Source of the DNA: a virus
UHGV virus genome: UHGV-0379469
Reading direction: 5' to 3' (one strand)
Length of the DNA stretch: 35,405 nucleotides
In this document: positions 16,541 through 25,673 of the stretch, piece by piece
How the letters are laid out: the number at the start of each line of letters is the position of its first letter
Position numbering within the stretch: the first letter of the stretch is position 1
Notes under the pieces: generated by a model
Told to the model about the DNA's origin: nothing
The model's input: the letters and a program-made list of their open reading frames with translations, nothing else
Databases searched by the model: none
Program-made: the position numbers and the translations under genes

Positions 16541-16718
16541 TGCGTACTGTATTGCCACGTCTTTTTCGCGTCAGAATTATGGCGGGGCGTACGGGGCCGA
16601 CTTCGGTCGGGCCGGATTCTTTGCTCTCCGGTGTTGAGAACCCTGTACGTCTCGCCACCCCGAGATTCTCAACTCTGGATGGTGAGCTATTTCTATCACC
16701 GAGCAAAGAGGCCACACC

Positions 16719-16949
16719 ATGGCAAACCGCAAACAACAGCGCGCATACGCTGCGCGTCGTCACATCCAGACTGAAATCAACCGTAGACTTTTCCGCGCAT
16801 CACGCGTCGCGCAAATCATGCACATCAATATGCTGCATGAGCGCAGCCACGCGCTATCGAACATCTATTCCGCCTCTGTTTTCAGCTATCTGGCGGATGA
16901 TCTGCGCGAGCTGCAACAACTCTTCCAGCAGCAAAACAAACTCCATTAA
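16719..16949 (+). CDS. hypothetical protein
   Basis: 76-aa ORF with AAGAGG RBS 8 nt upstream. Confidence 0.5.
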   Translation: MANRKQQRAYAARRHIQTEINRRLFRASRVAQIMHINMLHERSHALSNIYSASVFSYLADDLRELQQLFQQQNKLH

Positions 16950-17021
16950 TTCCTGTTCCGGGCCTTTCCTGCACCTTGCGGCGGGAGGCCTTCGCACATC
17001 TGTAGTAAAGAGAATTGCAGC

Positions 17022-17411
17022 ATGATTGACGCTCATGACTTCACAAGATGGGTGCGCACACAGGACACCCGTCTGGCTCCCGTTCTTCAGGGATTATTTG
17101 ATCTCTACATCCGTGGTCGTGACAACAGAGCACGCACCACAAAACCGGAGAATGCAGACACCCTTTATTTCACAGTAGACGACTGCTACCGCGTGGACTT
17201 CACACCACACGGGCTGGCGTTGCACTGCCTGACACCACACGGAGAATCACTGCTGGCGTATTACGACTCCCCGGCCTCCGTATTTGCGGCAATGCTGGCG
17301 CATCGCACTGCTGGCGGGTGTGCCTCGCTGAGTGAATACACCGCTGAATTTAACCGCCTTTCTGCCCTCTTCTCGCAGGAGTGGCAGCGCGTGACGGGAT
17401 ACCAGCCATGA
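17022..17411 (+). CDS. hypothetical protein preceding the replication gene
   Basis: 129-aa ORF; its stop overlaps the A start (ATGA). Confidence 0.5.
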   Translation: MIDAHDFTRWVRTQDTRLAPVLQGLFDLYIRGRDNRARTTKPENADTLYFTVDDCYRVDFTPHGLALHCLTPHGESLLAYYDSPASVFAAMLAHRTAGGCASLSEYTAEFNRLSALFSQEWQRVTGYQP

Positions 17412-20248
17412 ATGAGTTTGCATGGAGCTGGAATGAACCACGGCCAGCCATTGATCCGGCCAGATTTACGGAGCACAGGCAGGAAACTGAAACCGACCTG
17501 CAACGCGCCATCCGTTACTACCTTGAGGCAGACAAAAAGGCTCTGGAAGAACAGGAAGCGAAGGAGGAAGCCTTTTTCGCACAATCCACCGTGGGTAAAA
17601 AACTCATGGCATCCCTTGAGGAAGCCGGACAGCGTGAAAAGCTGGCACAAAGCATCATCAGCAAGCGTCAGGCAACAGAACAAGACCCGGTGGCCCGTGC
17701 TTTTGCCACACTGAAGGTGCTTCCCGTTTATCTGCGTGAACCTCTGAGCCGCCACCTCTCTTTCCTGCGCAAAAAACAGGAAGCCGATCGCCAGAAAGGC
17801 AAAAAGAGCTGGCAGGCTGAACGCTACGCGCGCGGAACCCTGCGCAAAATATTCGAACGCCTGGACCGCACCGACCACCGCTGGCTGACACCGGGTTATC
17901 GCTCCCTTGCCGGACGCGAACGCCTGGATGATTTGCTTTACCTGCCGCAGCTCAACAAGCACCAGATACAGACGCTGGCCACCATGACGGCGGCGATGTT
18001 CAGCAGCACCTTCGAAAAACTCTGCGATGGCTTTGGCGCGACCGATGGTGAGCTGACCATGGAGGTGGCACTGAAGGCGTATCAGATGCTGGCCCGCATG
18101 GCGTTACACCTGCACGCCATGCCTCCACATTATGACGCACTGACAACAGACAAAGACCGCAAGAACGAACCGGACACGGAACTGCTGCCGGGCGCAATCC
18201 TCCGCCTGACCTGTGCGGAATGGTGGAAACGCAAACTGTGGCTGTTACGTTGCGAGTGGCGGGAAGAACAACTCCGCGCCGCCTGTCTGGTTTCCAGAAA
18301 AACATCGCCCTATCTGAGCCAGGACGCGTTAAGCGAGTTTCGCGCACAGCGCGAGAAAACACGCGATTTCCTGAAAAGTTTCATGCTGGAAAACGAAGAC
18401 GGGTTCACGATTGATCTCGAGACGGTGTATTACGCGGGAGTAAGTAACCCGGTCCACCGTAAAGCAGAAATGATGGCCACCATGAAGGGGCTGGAACTTC
18501 TGGCCGAAGCCCGTGGCGACAGAGCGGTGTTTCTGACTGTCACCTGCCCGTCAAAATACCACGCCACAACAGAGAACGGTCATCCGAATCCCAAATGGAA
18601 CGGGGCCACCATGCGCGACTCCAGCGATTACCTGGTTAACACGTTTTTTGCGGCGGTCCGCAAAAAACTGAACCGCGATGGCCTGCGCTGGTATGGCATC
18701 CGCACGGTGGAGCCTCACCATGACGGCACCGTGCACTGGCATATGATGGTCTTTGCACATCCGGACGAGATTGAAACCATCGTGTCCCATGTCTGCGATA
18801 TTGCCATTCAGGAAGACCGCCACGAGCTGGGCGATGACATAACTCCGCGTTTTAAGGCTGAGTACGTAGACGGCTCAAAAGGCACGCCAACCAGCTACAT
18901 CGCCACCTACATCGGAAAGAACCTGGACAGCCGCGCCGTGGATGGCATCGACCCGAAAACGGGCAAGCCACGCGTTGACCACGAAACCGGAAAATCAATG
19001 GCAGAGAGCGTGGAACGCGCCATCGGCTGGGCGCGCCTTCACCGGGTCCGCCAGTTCCAGTTCTTTGGCATTCCCTCTCGTCAGGTATGGCGTGAACTCC
19101 GCCGCCTTGCCAGCCAGATGGCACGCAACCCGGAAGGCCCACAACGGCTGAAGGATGATGCAATGGATGCGGTACTCGCTGCCGCTGATGCCGGGTGTTT
19201 TGCCACCTACATTGAGAAACAGGGCGGCGTACTTGTTCCACGCAAAGACTACCTGATTCGCACCGCCTACGACCTCGCAGATGAGCTGAACGATTACGGC
19301 GAACAGAGCGTACAGATTTACGGGATCTGGTCACCACTCATCGGGGAGTCTTCCCGTGTGTGCACACATCCGGATAACTGGAAGCTGGTAAGACGTAAAC
19401 CGGAAGCGGAAGACAGCGCCCGCGAAAATGGTTTTGACCTTCAGGGCGGCCCTGCCGCCCCTTGGACTCGTGGCAATAACTGTCCCCGTGTACAGGAAAC
19501 AGACAACAACGGGACAGAACAGCCGGAAGAACGGCCAGCACCGTGGCCGCAGCTTCCTGACGGCGTTGACGTGAACGAATGGGTGCGCTCACTGAAACGG
19601 CACGAACGCCGGGCGCTGATGCGTTCGCTGCGTGACAAACAGGCAAAAAACAGCAGTGATGAAATGCAGAACTGGACACAGAGCCGCAAACAGCCACAGC
19701 CTTTGCCTGATAACCACGAATTACTCGCTAAAGAATGGCGGGAGTCTGCTGAATCTCTCGGCCTGCATATCGGTGAACAGCAGATGCAGCACCTGTTACG
19801 GGGCGGCAGTCTGTACGTTGACGGCAGCATCATTGCACCGCAGGGATTTGAAATTGTACGCAAACCGGATACCCGCCCGGACAGCCGAATCACGCAGCTC
19901 TGGCAACGCCTGAGCCGTAACCACGGCGTAAGCAGCACGGAGATCCGCCATAACCCAGTCGCCAGCTATCTGGAACAACTAGGGGCATCAGACCCTGAAG
20001 CCGCCGCACGCCTGGCATCCACACTTCAGCAAGACCAGAACACCATGAAAACACCCGTTACCGTACTTTCTGACATGCTGCGCGCCATCCGCGACGCAGA
20101 GCACGAACAGAGAATCAGTGAAACAACTGAACGCGCCCGCCGCAAAGCAGACCTGCTGCGGGGTGACCTGACCAGTGGAAACAAAAAACAGACAGAAACG
20201 GGATTCACAAATCCCGTAAATGAGCAAAAAACGCGCCGCGAAATATGA
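17408..20248 (+). CDS. A: replication initiation protein A (HUH rolling-circle endonuclease)
   Basis: HUH motif ...GTVHWHMMVFAH... and catalytic Tyr motif ...TSYIATYIGKN...; about 946 aa, longer than P2 gpA as I recall it (761 aa). Confidence 0.85.
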   Translation: MNEFAWSWNEPRPAIDPARFTEHRQETETDLQRAIRYYLEADKKALEEQEAKEEAFFAQSTVGKKLMASLEEAGQREKLAQSIISKRQATEQDPVARAFATLKVLPVYLREPLSRHLSFLRKKQEADRQKGKKSWQAERYARGTLRKIFERLDRTDHRWLTPGYRSLAGRERLDDLLYLPQLNKHQIQTLATMTAAMFSSTFEKLCDGFGATDGELTMEVALKAYQMLARMALHLHAMPPHYDALTTDKDRKNEPDTELLPGAILRLTCAEWWKRKLWLLRCEWREEQLRAACLVSRKTSPYLSQDALSEFRAQREKTRDFLKSFMLENEDGFTIDLETVYYAGVSNPVHRKAEMMATMKGLELLAEARGDRAVFLTVTCPSKYHATTENGHPNPKWNGATMRDSSDYLVNTFFAAVRKKLNRDGLRWYGIRTVEPHHDGTVHWHMMVFAHPDEIETIVSHVCDIAIQEDRHELGDDITPRFKAEYVDGSKGTPTSYIATYIGKNLDSRAVDGIDPKTGKPRVDHETGKSMAESVERAIGWARLHRVRQFQFFGIPSRQVWRELRRLASQMARNPEGPQRLKDDAMDAVLAAADAGCFATYIEKQGGVLVPRKDYLIRTAYDLADELNDYGEQSVQIYGIWSPLIGESSRVCTHPDNWKLVRRKPEAEDSARENGFDLQGGPAAPWTRGNNCPRVQETDNNGTEQPEERPAPWPQLPDGVDVNEWVRSLKRHERRALMRSLRDKQAKNSSDEMQNWTQSRKQPQPLPDNHELLAKEWRESAESLGLHIGEQQMQHLLRGGSLYVDGSIIAPQGFEIVRKPDTRPDSRITQLWQRLSRNHGVSSTEIRHNPVASYLEQLGASDPEAAARLASTLQQDQNTMKTPVTVLSDMLRAIRDAEHEQRISETTERARRKADLLRGDLTSGNKKQTETGFTNPVNEQKTRREI

Positions 20249-20293
20249 AGTGCGCACAAAACAGGCAAAAGCGGGATTTCAGAATCCCGTAAA
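20199..20293. repeat. two 22-bp palindromic iterons 73 bp apart, upstream of parM
   Basis: CGGGATTcacaaATCCCGTAAA (20199..20220, inside the 3' end of A) and CGGGATTtcagaATCCCGTAAA (20272..20293, intergenic); each an interrupted GGGATT/AATCCC palindrome. Confidence 0.6.
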
Positions 20294-20324
20294 CGGTTAA
20301 TTAATCAACATAAGGAAAATCGAC

Positions 20325-21284
20325 ATGAAAATTTGTATCGACGACGGCTCCACCAACATCAAGCTGGCATGGACTGAGAACGGCGAACGCCGCAACGCCA
20401 TCAGCCCGAACAGCTTCAAGTCGGAATGGTCTGCGCCGTTCGGTGGCACGCAGCCCGCGAACTACATGCTTGATAGCGTGCGCTATGGTTTTGATCCGGT
20501 CAGCGATCGCTTTGTCCAGACGACTGACACGCAATATCAGTACAGTGATGTGAATGTCATTGCCATTCATCACGCGCTGGTCAAATCAGGCATCACGCCA
20601 CAGGAGGTGGATGTGGTTGTCACCCTGCCACTGAGCGAGTATTTCGACACAAACGCACAGCCGGACATGGCCAACATCAACCGCAAAAAAGCGAACGTTA
20701 TGCGCCCGGTGGAATACCAGAACGGCGAAGCATTCACTATCCGTAATGTACGGGTTATGCCTGAATCCATTCCGGCTGGCTTTAAGGCACTGGCTGACAT
20801 GAGTCCGTTTGAATCCCTGCTGATTGTGGATTTAGGCGGAACCACGCTGGATGTGGCAAAGGTTCAGGGACAACTGGCAGGTATCAGCCAGGTGTTTTGC
20901 GATCCACACGTAGGCGTTTCCCTGATGGCCGATGCCGTACTGTCGGTGATGGCCACTAACGGTATGCGTACCAGTCACCACATCGCCAATACCATTATTG
21001 AGCACCGTCACGATGAAGCCTGGCTGCGCCAGCACATTCACAATGACGCGCATTACAACAGCCTGATGGCGGTTATTCGTGAAAAGGAGGAGACACTGAA
21101 ACAACGAGTGATCCGCGCGCTGGCGGGTTTTTCCGGTTACGGGCGGGTGATGGTTGTCGGTGGAGGGGCGGAGATTGTGGCACCCGCTATCCGCGAAGCC
21201 TGCGGAGTTAATGCGACTTTCATCGCGGACGGGGTGCCACAATTTGCTCTGGTTAATGGGCTGTACGCAATGAACAAGGAGTAA
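20325..21284 (+). CDS. parM: ParM/StbA actin-like partition ATPase
   Basis: MKICIDDGSTNIKLAW... N-terminus and ...DLGGTTLD..., ...VMVVGGGAE..., ...LVNGLYAM motifs aligning with plasmid R1 ParM as recalled. Confidence 0.8.
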   Translation: MKICIDDGSTNIKLAWTENGERRNAISPNSFKSEWSAPFGGTQPANYMLDSVRYGFDPVSDRFVQTTDTQYQYSDVNVIAIHHALVKSGITPQEVDVVVTLPLSEYFDTNAQPDMANINRKKANVMRPVEYQNGEAFTIRNVRVMPESIPAGFKALADMSPFESLLIVDLGGTTLDVAKVQGQLAGISQVFCDPHVGVSLMADAVLSVMATNGMRTSHHIANTIIEHRHDEAWLRQHIHNDAHYNSLMAVIREKEETLKQRVIRALAGFSGYGRVMVVGGGAEIVAPAIREACGVNATFIADGVPQFALVNGLYAMNKE

Positions 21285-21288
21285 ACCA

Positions 21289-21600
21289 ATGACGACACCA
21301 ACCAGAAGAATAAGTTTCTATCTGAAGCCAGCTGCCGTCAAGAACGAAGGAGAAGCATGCGCCTGGCTGGACAGCCTTACACCAGAAGCCCGCAAAAGCG
21401 GCCAACGCGTGGCTTTTCTGGCCGGGCTGGCACTTCTGAAGACGAATCCGGCAGAGGCTTACCGACTGGCCGCATGGGCTGATGATGAGATGTTACCTGT
21501 GACACAAATCAGCTCAAAAAAGTTTGAAGCACAGTCTGCACCAGTGGCTAAGATAACCAGCCAGATGGCTGGGAATATCCGGGCGTTATTTCCTGAGTAA
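21289..21600 (+). CDS. parR: ParR/StbB-like partition adaptor (DNA-binding)
   Basis: 103 aa directly after parM; RRISFYLKP...LAGLALL...RALFPE pattern resembles ParR. Confidence 0.6.
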   Translation: MTTPTRRISFYLKPAAVKNEGEACAWLDSLTPEARKSGQRVAFLAGLALLKTNPAEAYRLAAWADDEMLPVTQISSKKFEAQSAPVAKITSQMAGNIRALFPE

Positions 21601-21728
21601 AAGCATCTGCACGAAAAATGCTCACGTTTATAGAAACAGTATCATTCCATTTGGCACACTTACTTCAATAATCGATCTGTTAAACAAATAGATTGTCTAT
21701 TATCTATCGATTAAAACGATCAATTATC

Positions 21729-21757
21729 TTGACAGTAATGTGCCTTTTTGTAAGATC
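21729..21757 (+). promoter_or_regulatory. sigma70-like promoter candidate bracketed by an 11-bp inverted repeat
   Basis: TTGACA, 16-nt spacer, TAAGAT; flanked by CAATTATCTTG (21721..21731) and its reverse complement (21775..21785). Confidence 0.35.
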
Positions 21758-21964
21758 GTTCGCATTGTGAGCGACAAGATAATTGCGCGGCATTGTCCAT
21801 GCAAAACGCCCCAATAGCAGCAACTATTGGGGCGTAAAACTCGGTCGGACTCACTTAACCTGATATGCGTGCCTTCCGAAGTAAATCAAAATGTGCGTCG
21901 TATATTTTATTGCTTACACGCACCTCTGTAAAGGCACGCATATTTTTCCTATGAGGTAAATAAA

Positions 21965-22234
21965 GTGCGGGCTAAAACAGGTATTTGCAAGAACCCTCAT
22001 CGTTATAACCCAACATTTCTGTCTCTCCCTGAATATCAAGGACAAGAAGGTCGGCACAAATGCGCTGCCTGTGCTTTTGAGCTAGGCATAAAAGATGCGC
22101 TTGAAGGACGCGCTATGGCTCAGAATGATTTAGTTTTAGCTAACATTCCGTTTAGCCAGGCTGGAACTGTAAGGCACAGAGATGCCTATGAAGCATATGT
22201 TCGTGGTTGGCGATTAATACACAGCAACAATTGA
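21965..22234 (+). CDS. hypothetical protein (hotspot cargo; GTG start)
   Basis: 89-aa ORF followed by a strong intrinsic terminator; no family recognised. Confidence 0.4.
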   Translation: MRAKTGICKNPHRYNPTFLSLPEYQGQEGRHKCAACAFELGIKDALEGRAMAQNDLVLANIPFSQAGTVRHRDAYEAYVRGWRLIHSNN

Positions 22235-22242
22235 TACTTTTG

Positions 22243-22268
22243 AAGCGCCGATAAGGCGCTTTTTTTTG
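22243..22268 (+). terminator. rho-independent terminator
   Basis: AAGCGCC gataa GGCGCTT stem-loop followed by T8. Confidence 0.7.
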
Positions 22269-22720
22269 TTTGCACGATAGTGCACAAGTTTGCACAATTT
22301 TTTTGAACGACTTTTTGTACTTCCGGCCCGCATGGCGGCTGGATCCGTCAAGGATCCGTGCGTGCACAAAAAAATGCGTTTTTTCTGCGCGCAGGTGACG
22401 GGGGAACAGCCCGCGTTTCAGGGGGTAAATAGCATTCCCTGAACGATGTCGCAGCGACACAACAGAATGGCTGTATTTCTCACACTGAGCGTGAAAAAGA
22501 CGTGAGGGCTTTTGATTTGATGGGGTGACAGACAAGGCCGTCAAAATCGCACTGAGGCGGCGAGAACATGCAGTCAACGCGGTGGGATTGCGTAAGAGTC
22601 TGACTGTCGATGATGGCAATAAGCAGGAAAGCGTCGTGAAATTATCTGATTGATACAAGAGCTGGAGAGTCGGGGCATAAATTTTTTATGCCCCGGCGAA
22701 GCAGCAGACAAGCGAAGCGC
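22268..22720. other. probable cos / packaging region (not pinpointed)
   Basis: Noncoding tract at the 3' end of Q, where P2-type phages carry cos; three TGCAC motifs phased at 10 bp (22271, 22281, 22291), GGATCCGT direct repeat, stem-loop at 22670..22694. Confidence 0.3.
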
Positions 22721-22721
22721 G

Positions 22722-23768
22722 TCAGGATGTGGGCTGGGTGTCCAGCAGTGCGTAAGGGTTAAAGCGGATCACCTCTTCGCCAAGCCAGTCATTGATGTGC
22801 TTCATGGCCTCCATGACGGGCATCAGCTCGTTAATTGCGTAAACCCGCGCGGCCTTCTCCACATCACCAAACGCACTTTTTTCGCCCGGCATCGCCCCCA
22901 TCAGTTGCGGCGGAACGCGGTGCGCAGCCAGCACATCATCACGGGATGCCGCCTTAACATTCATGAACTCATCCTTTGCGGTGATCTGCTGGAACGGCAA
23001 AATTTGCACCCCCTCTTTGCCCCCGTTGGGCGCATGGATGAGCACGTTTTTAAACGCACCACCACCACGCGCACCCTGTAACGTTTCTTTCAGGGAGTCC
23101 ATGCTTTCGCGGTTTACCTGCGCTGCACCGATGTAGATGATGCACCCGGCGTGGGATCCATTGTCGTAGTACAGTTTTCTGAACATGTCCGCCGAATGAG
23201 ACAGGCTGGCCGAGAGTAATGCGCCAAGATATTCCGGCATGCCGTAAATTTCCTGGTTAATGTCCGGATTCATCAGGTGGCACACTTTGCCAGGGCGAAA
23301 CTGAAACGCGTCCTTGCCATCCTGCACATACCACCATGACTCAAGATCGCTTCCGCGTCGCATGTATTTCGCCAGGGCGTGCCGTAATTTAAGCGGCTCG
23401 CCGAGCATATTGCTCCGAAGCTCAAGGAATGCGTTACCGAACACAAACCAGTCCAGCGCCAGCGCCGAGAAATCCTGCCGGGAAAGCAGCGGGTGCGGGA
23501 TGTAGCAACCCAGCAACACATTGCGCTTAAAGTAAAGCGCAGACTGATGCCAGGACGTTTGCCGGGCAGCTCTTGCCAGACCGTACCAGTCCACCGGGGT
23601 TTCATACCACCGCCCGTTATCAGCACAGTACATATTGTCCAGCAGGTCATGCCCGGTCAGGCGATAAGGACCATCAAATGTGAATGCACTGAGCGACGAT
23701 TCTTTCCTGAGCGCATCAGCGAGATCAATGCGTGAACTCATGCGCACTTTTTTATTTTTTCTGCTCAT
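22722..23768 (-). CDS. Q: portal protein Q
   Basis: 348-aa ORF downstream of and overlapping (ATGA) the large terminase gene; size and position as P2 gpQ. Confidence 0.85.
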   Translation of the reverse strand: MSRKNKKVRMSSRIDLADALRKESSLSAFTFDGPYRLTGHDLLDNMYCADNGRWYETPVDWYGLARAARQTSWHQSALYFKRNVLLGCYIPHPLLSRQDFSALALDWFVFGNAFLELRSNMLGEPLKLRHALAKYMRRGSDLESWWYVQDGKDAFQFRPGKVCHLMNPDINQEIYGMPEYLGALLSASLSHSADMFRKLYYDNGSHAGCIIYIGAAQVNRESMDSLKETLQGARGGGAFKNVLIHAPNGGKEGVQILPFQQITAKDEFMNVKAASRDDVLAAHRVPPQLMGAMPGEKSAFGDVEKAARVYAINELMPVMEAMKHINDWLGEEVIRFNPYALLDTQPTS

Positions 23769-25519
23769 CAGAACTCCATAACCGTGAAACGCTCGTTTTC
23801 TCCTTCGCCGCCAATCGGTTCGTTAATGACAGCAAGCATGGTTGCCCACGCAAGGTCGCCGTGGCTGATCCCCCTCGCGCGGTCCGTTTCGTAAGTGATA
23901 AAGCCGCCCGGTGTTTTCACCTTACGCACGGCGTTAAAGGCCGCGACCAGCTCGCGTTCGGCGCGATCGTATTCCCACCGCCCGGCACGCATTATTTGCA
24001 GCATTTTCAGTACCAGCGACCGTTTTGATGACAGCGTGAAGGTGTACGGAATAGCAGCAGGGAAAAACCGTTTCACTATCTGATAAACAGCCTCCCCGTT
24101 CCCGCCCGTCACATCAATGCCGATGTGTTCCACGTTGTAGCGATACGTGAACTCTTCAATGACTCTGGCCTGTTCTTCAAACTCCAGCCCCTGAACGCGT
24201 CTCGTCTCCACCGTTCGAAAACGGCCACCAGGAACAGCCGGAGGAACCACCACGGACACAGCGCCGCTGTCGCCGTTGCCACTGCTGCCGTTTGCGTCAT
24301 ACCCAATCCATACCGGACGATTCCCCATCGGGCGGGGAGCAAAAGGTTTCCAGTCTTTCCAGTCGTCGTATCCGTCAACACCACAGCCAATCAGGATATT
24401 CAGGTTAAATGCCGATTCCCCTTCGCGAACAAACTCACACATATAGAGATTGAGGAACTCGTCTTCGGTGTTTTCATCACGAATTTCGTCGATATCGGTG
24501 TGTTTCCAACCGTGATTAACCACATCTTCCAGCGTGACAATTTGCCGCCACGTCCGGTCAGGGCAGATAAGCCCGTTATGCAGCGTTTTCCAGTCCACAG
24601 AAAAACGCTGGCGTTTATGCGAGGCCTTTTTCTCGTTCCAGCGGTCGCCGTTCCAGTAGGCGTATGCCTCGTGCGTTTCGGTGGATGGCGTGGAGAAGTA
24701 GGTGCGCCGCAGTCCGCTGAGGGTTGCCATAGCGCCAGCCACCTTGCGCAGTTCAGCAAAGCGACTGACCCAGAAAAATTCATCAAAATAAAAATTGCCC
24801 GTATAGGACTGTGCCGACGCAGCAGAAGTGCCGAGAAAATGCAGCTCTGCGCCGTTGGAGAGGATGATTTTATCGCCCCCTTTCAGCTCCACATCAACTT
24901 CAGCCGCGGCCTTCTGAATAATGCTTTTAAACTGGAACGCCTGACGACGCGACGCAGACAAAAAAATCTGGTTACGCTGGTAAGGTTGCGCCACATCGTC
25001 ACGCAGCGCCATCAGCAGCGCTTCCTGTGCAAAATACCAGGTCGCCCCAATCTGTCGGGATTTCAGGATCATCCTGTTACGTATCCCGGCTTCCCTGCAA
25101 AGAGTCAGGGAGTCAAACCAGCCCCGCTGATGCCACTCCAGCCTGCTGATGATTTTTTCCCGCAGTGCGGAAATCTGTTCCGGCGTGAAATGATTTTTGA
25201 GTTTTTTCGCCCGGCCTTTCTTTCCTGCGGCCATCACATCCGGCTGGCCATCATGCAGCTTTTTAAGCTGCCGGGTCAGCAGGTCTATTTCCTTAAAGTC
25301 ACCGCCTGTTTTATTCTGTTTTTCAGTAAGCTGGATGAGGCGCGCATCGATGGACTGCGTGACACGCTGCACGGGTGGCGTTTCATCCCACTGGTCGCGT
25401 TTTTTCCACGCATAAATCGTGTTCGGGTTTATTCCCATCAGACGTGATATTTCTGCGGGCGGATAACCCTGCCAGTAAAGTTGCCGCGCACGCTGGCGCA
25501 CAAAAGCGTCCTGAATCAT
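23768..25519 (-). CDS. P: terminase large (ATPase) subunit P
   Basis: 583-aa ORF divergent from the capsid operon; P2 gpP size and position. Confidence 0.85.
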   Translation of the reverse strand: MIQDAFVRQRARQLYWQGYPPAEISRLMGINPNTIYAWKKRDQWDETPPVQRVTQSIDARLIQLTEKQNKTGGDFKEIDLLTRQLKKLHDGQPDVMAAGKKGRAKKLKNHFTPEQISALREKIISRLEWHQRGWFDSLTLCREAGIRNRMILKSRQIGATWYFAQEALLMALRDDVAQPYQRNQIFLSASRRQAFQFKSIIQKAAAEVDVELKGGDKIILSNGAELHFLGTSAASAQSYTGNFYFDEFFWVSRFAELRKVAGAMATLSGLRRTYFSTPSTETHEAYAYWNGDRWNEKKASHKRQRFSVDWKTLHNGLICPDRTWRQIVTLEDVVNHGWKHTDIDEIRDENTEDEFLNLYMCEFVREGESAFNLNILIGCGVDGYDDWKDWKPFAPRPMGNRPVWIGYDANGSSGNGDSGAVSVVVPPAVPGGRFRTVETRRVQGLEFEEQARVIEEFTYRYNVEHIGIDVTGGNGEAVYQIVKRFFPAAIPYTFTLSSKRSLVLKMLQIMRAGRWEYDRAERELVAAFNAVRKVKTPGGFITYETDRARGISHGDLAWATMLAVINEPIGGEGENERFTVMEF

Positions 25520-25673
25520 TGCTCCCCCTGAGTAATTACAGGAAGATTACCCGCGCGCGAAACCGTTCTCCTTAACCCCCTGTTCTGACTGTTTTCTTAC
25601 AACAAAAGCCCTTTGTATCAGCCTGTTACGCTTTGCCATCATGACTGAAGAACCAGTCAGAGGGGCAAAAACT

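Noticed and set aside
16408-17025. 205-aa plus-strand ORF
   Set aside because: Arg/Ser-rich translation spanning the structured noncoding region and overlapping the better-supported 16719..16949 and 17022..17411 ORFs in other frames.
17261-19938. Minus-strand ORFs 17261..17962, 18852..19337, 19441..19938 and small plus-strand ORFs inside A
   Set aside because: Antisense or alternate-frame to replication gene A, whose HUH/Tyr motifs confirm the annotated frame.
22670-22694. Stem-loop CGGGGCATAA...TTATGCCCCG as a terminator for Q
   Set aside because: No U-tract follows on either strand; more likely a structural element of the cos/packaging region.
24125-25447. 440-aa ORF on the plus strand
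   Set aside because: Lies antisense to the large terminase gene P; translation is Arg/Pro/Ser-rich low complexity with no RBS; typical GC-rich antisense ORF.
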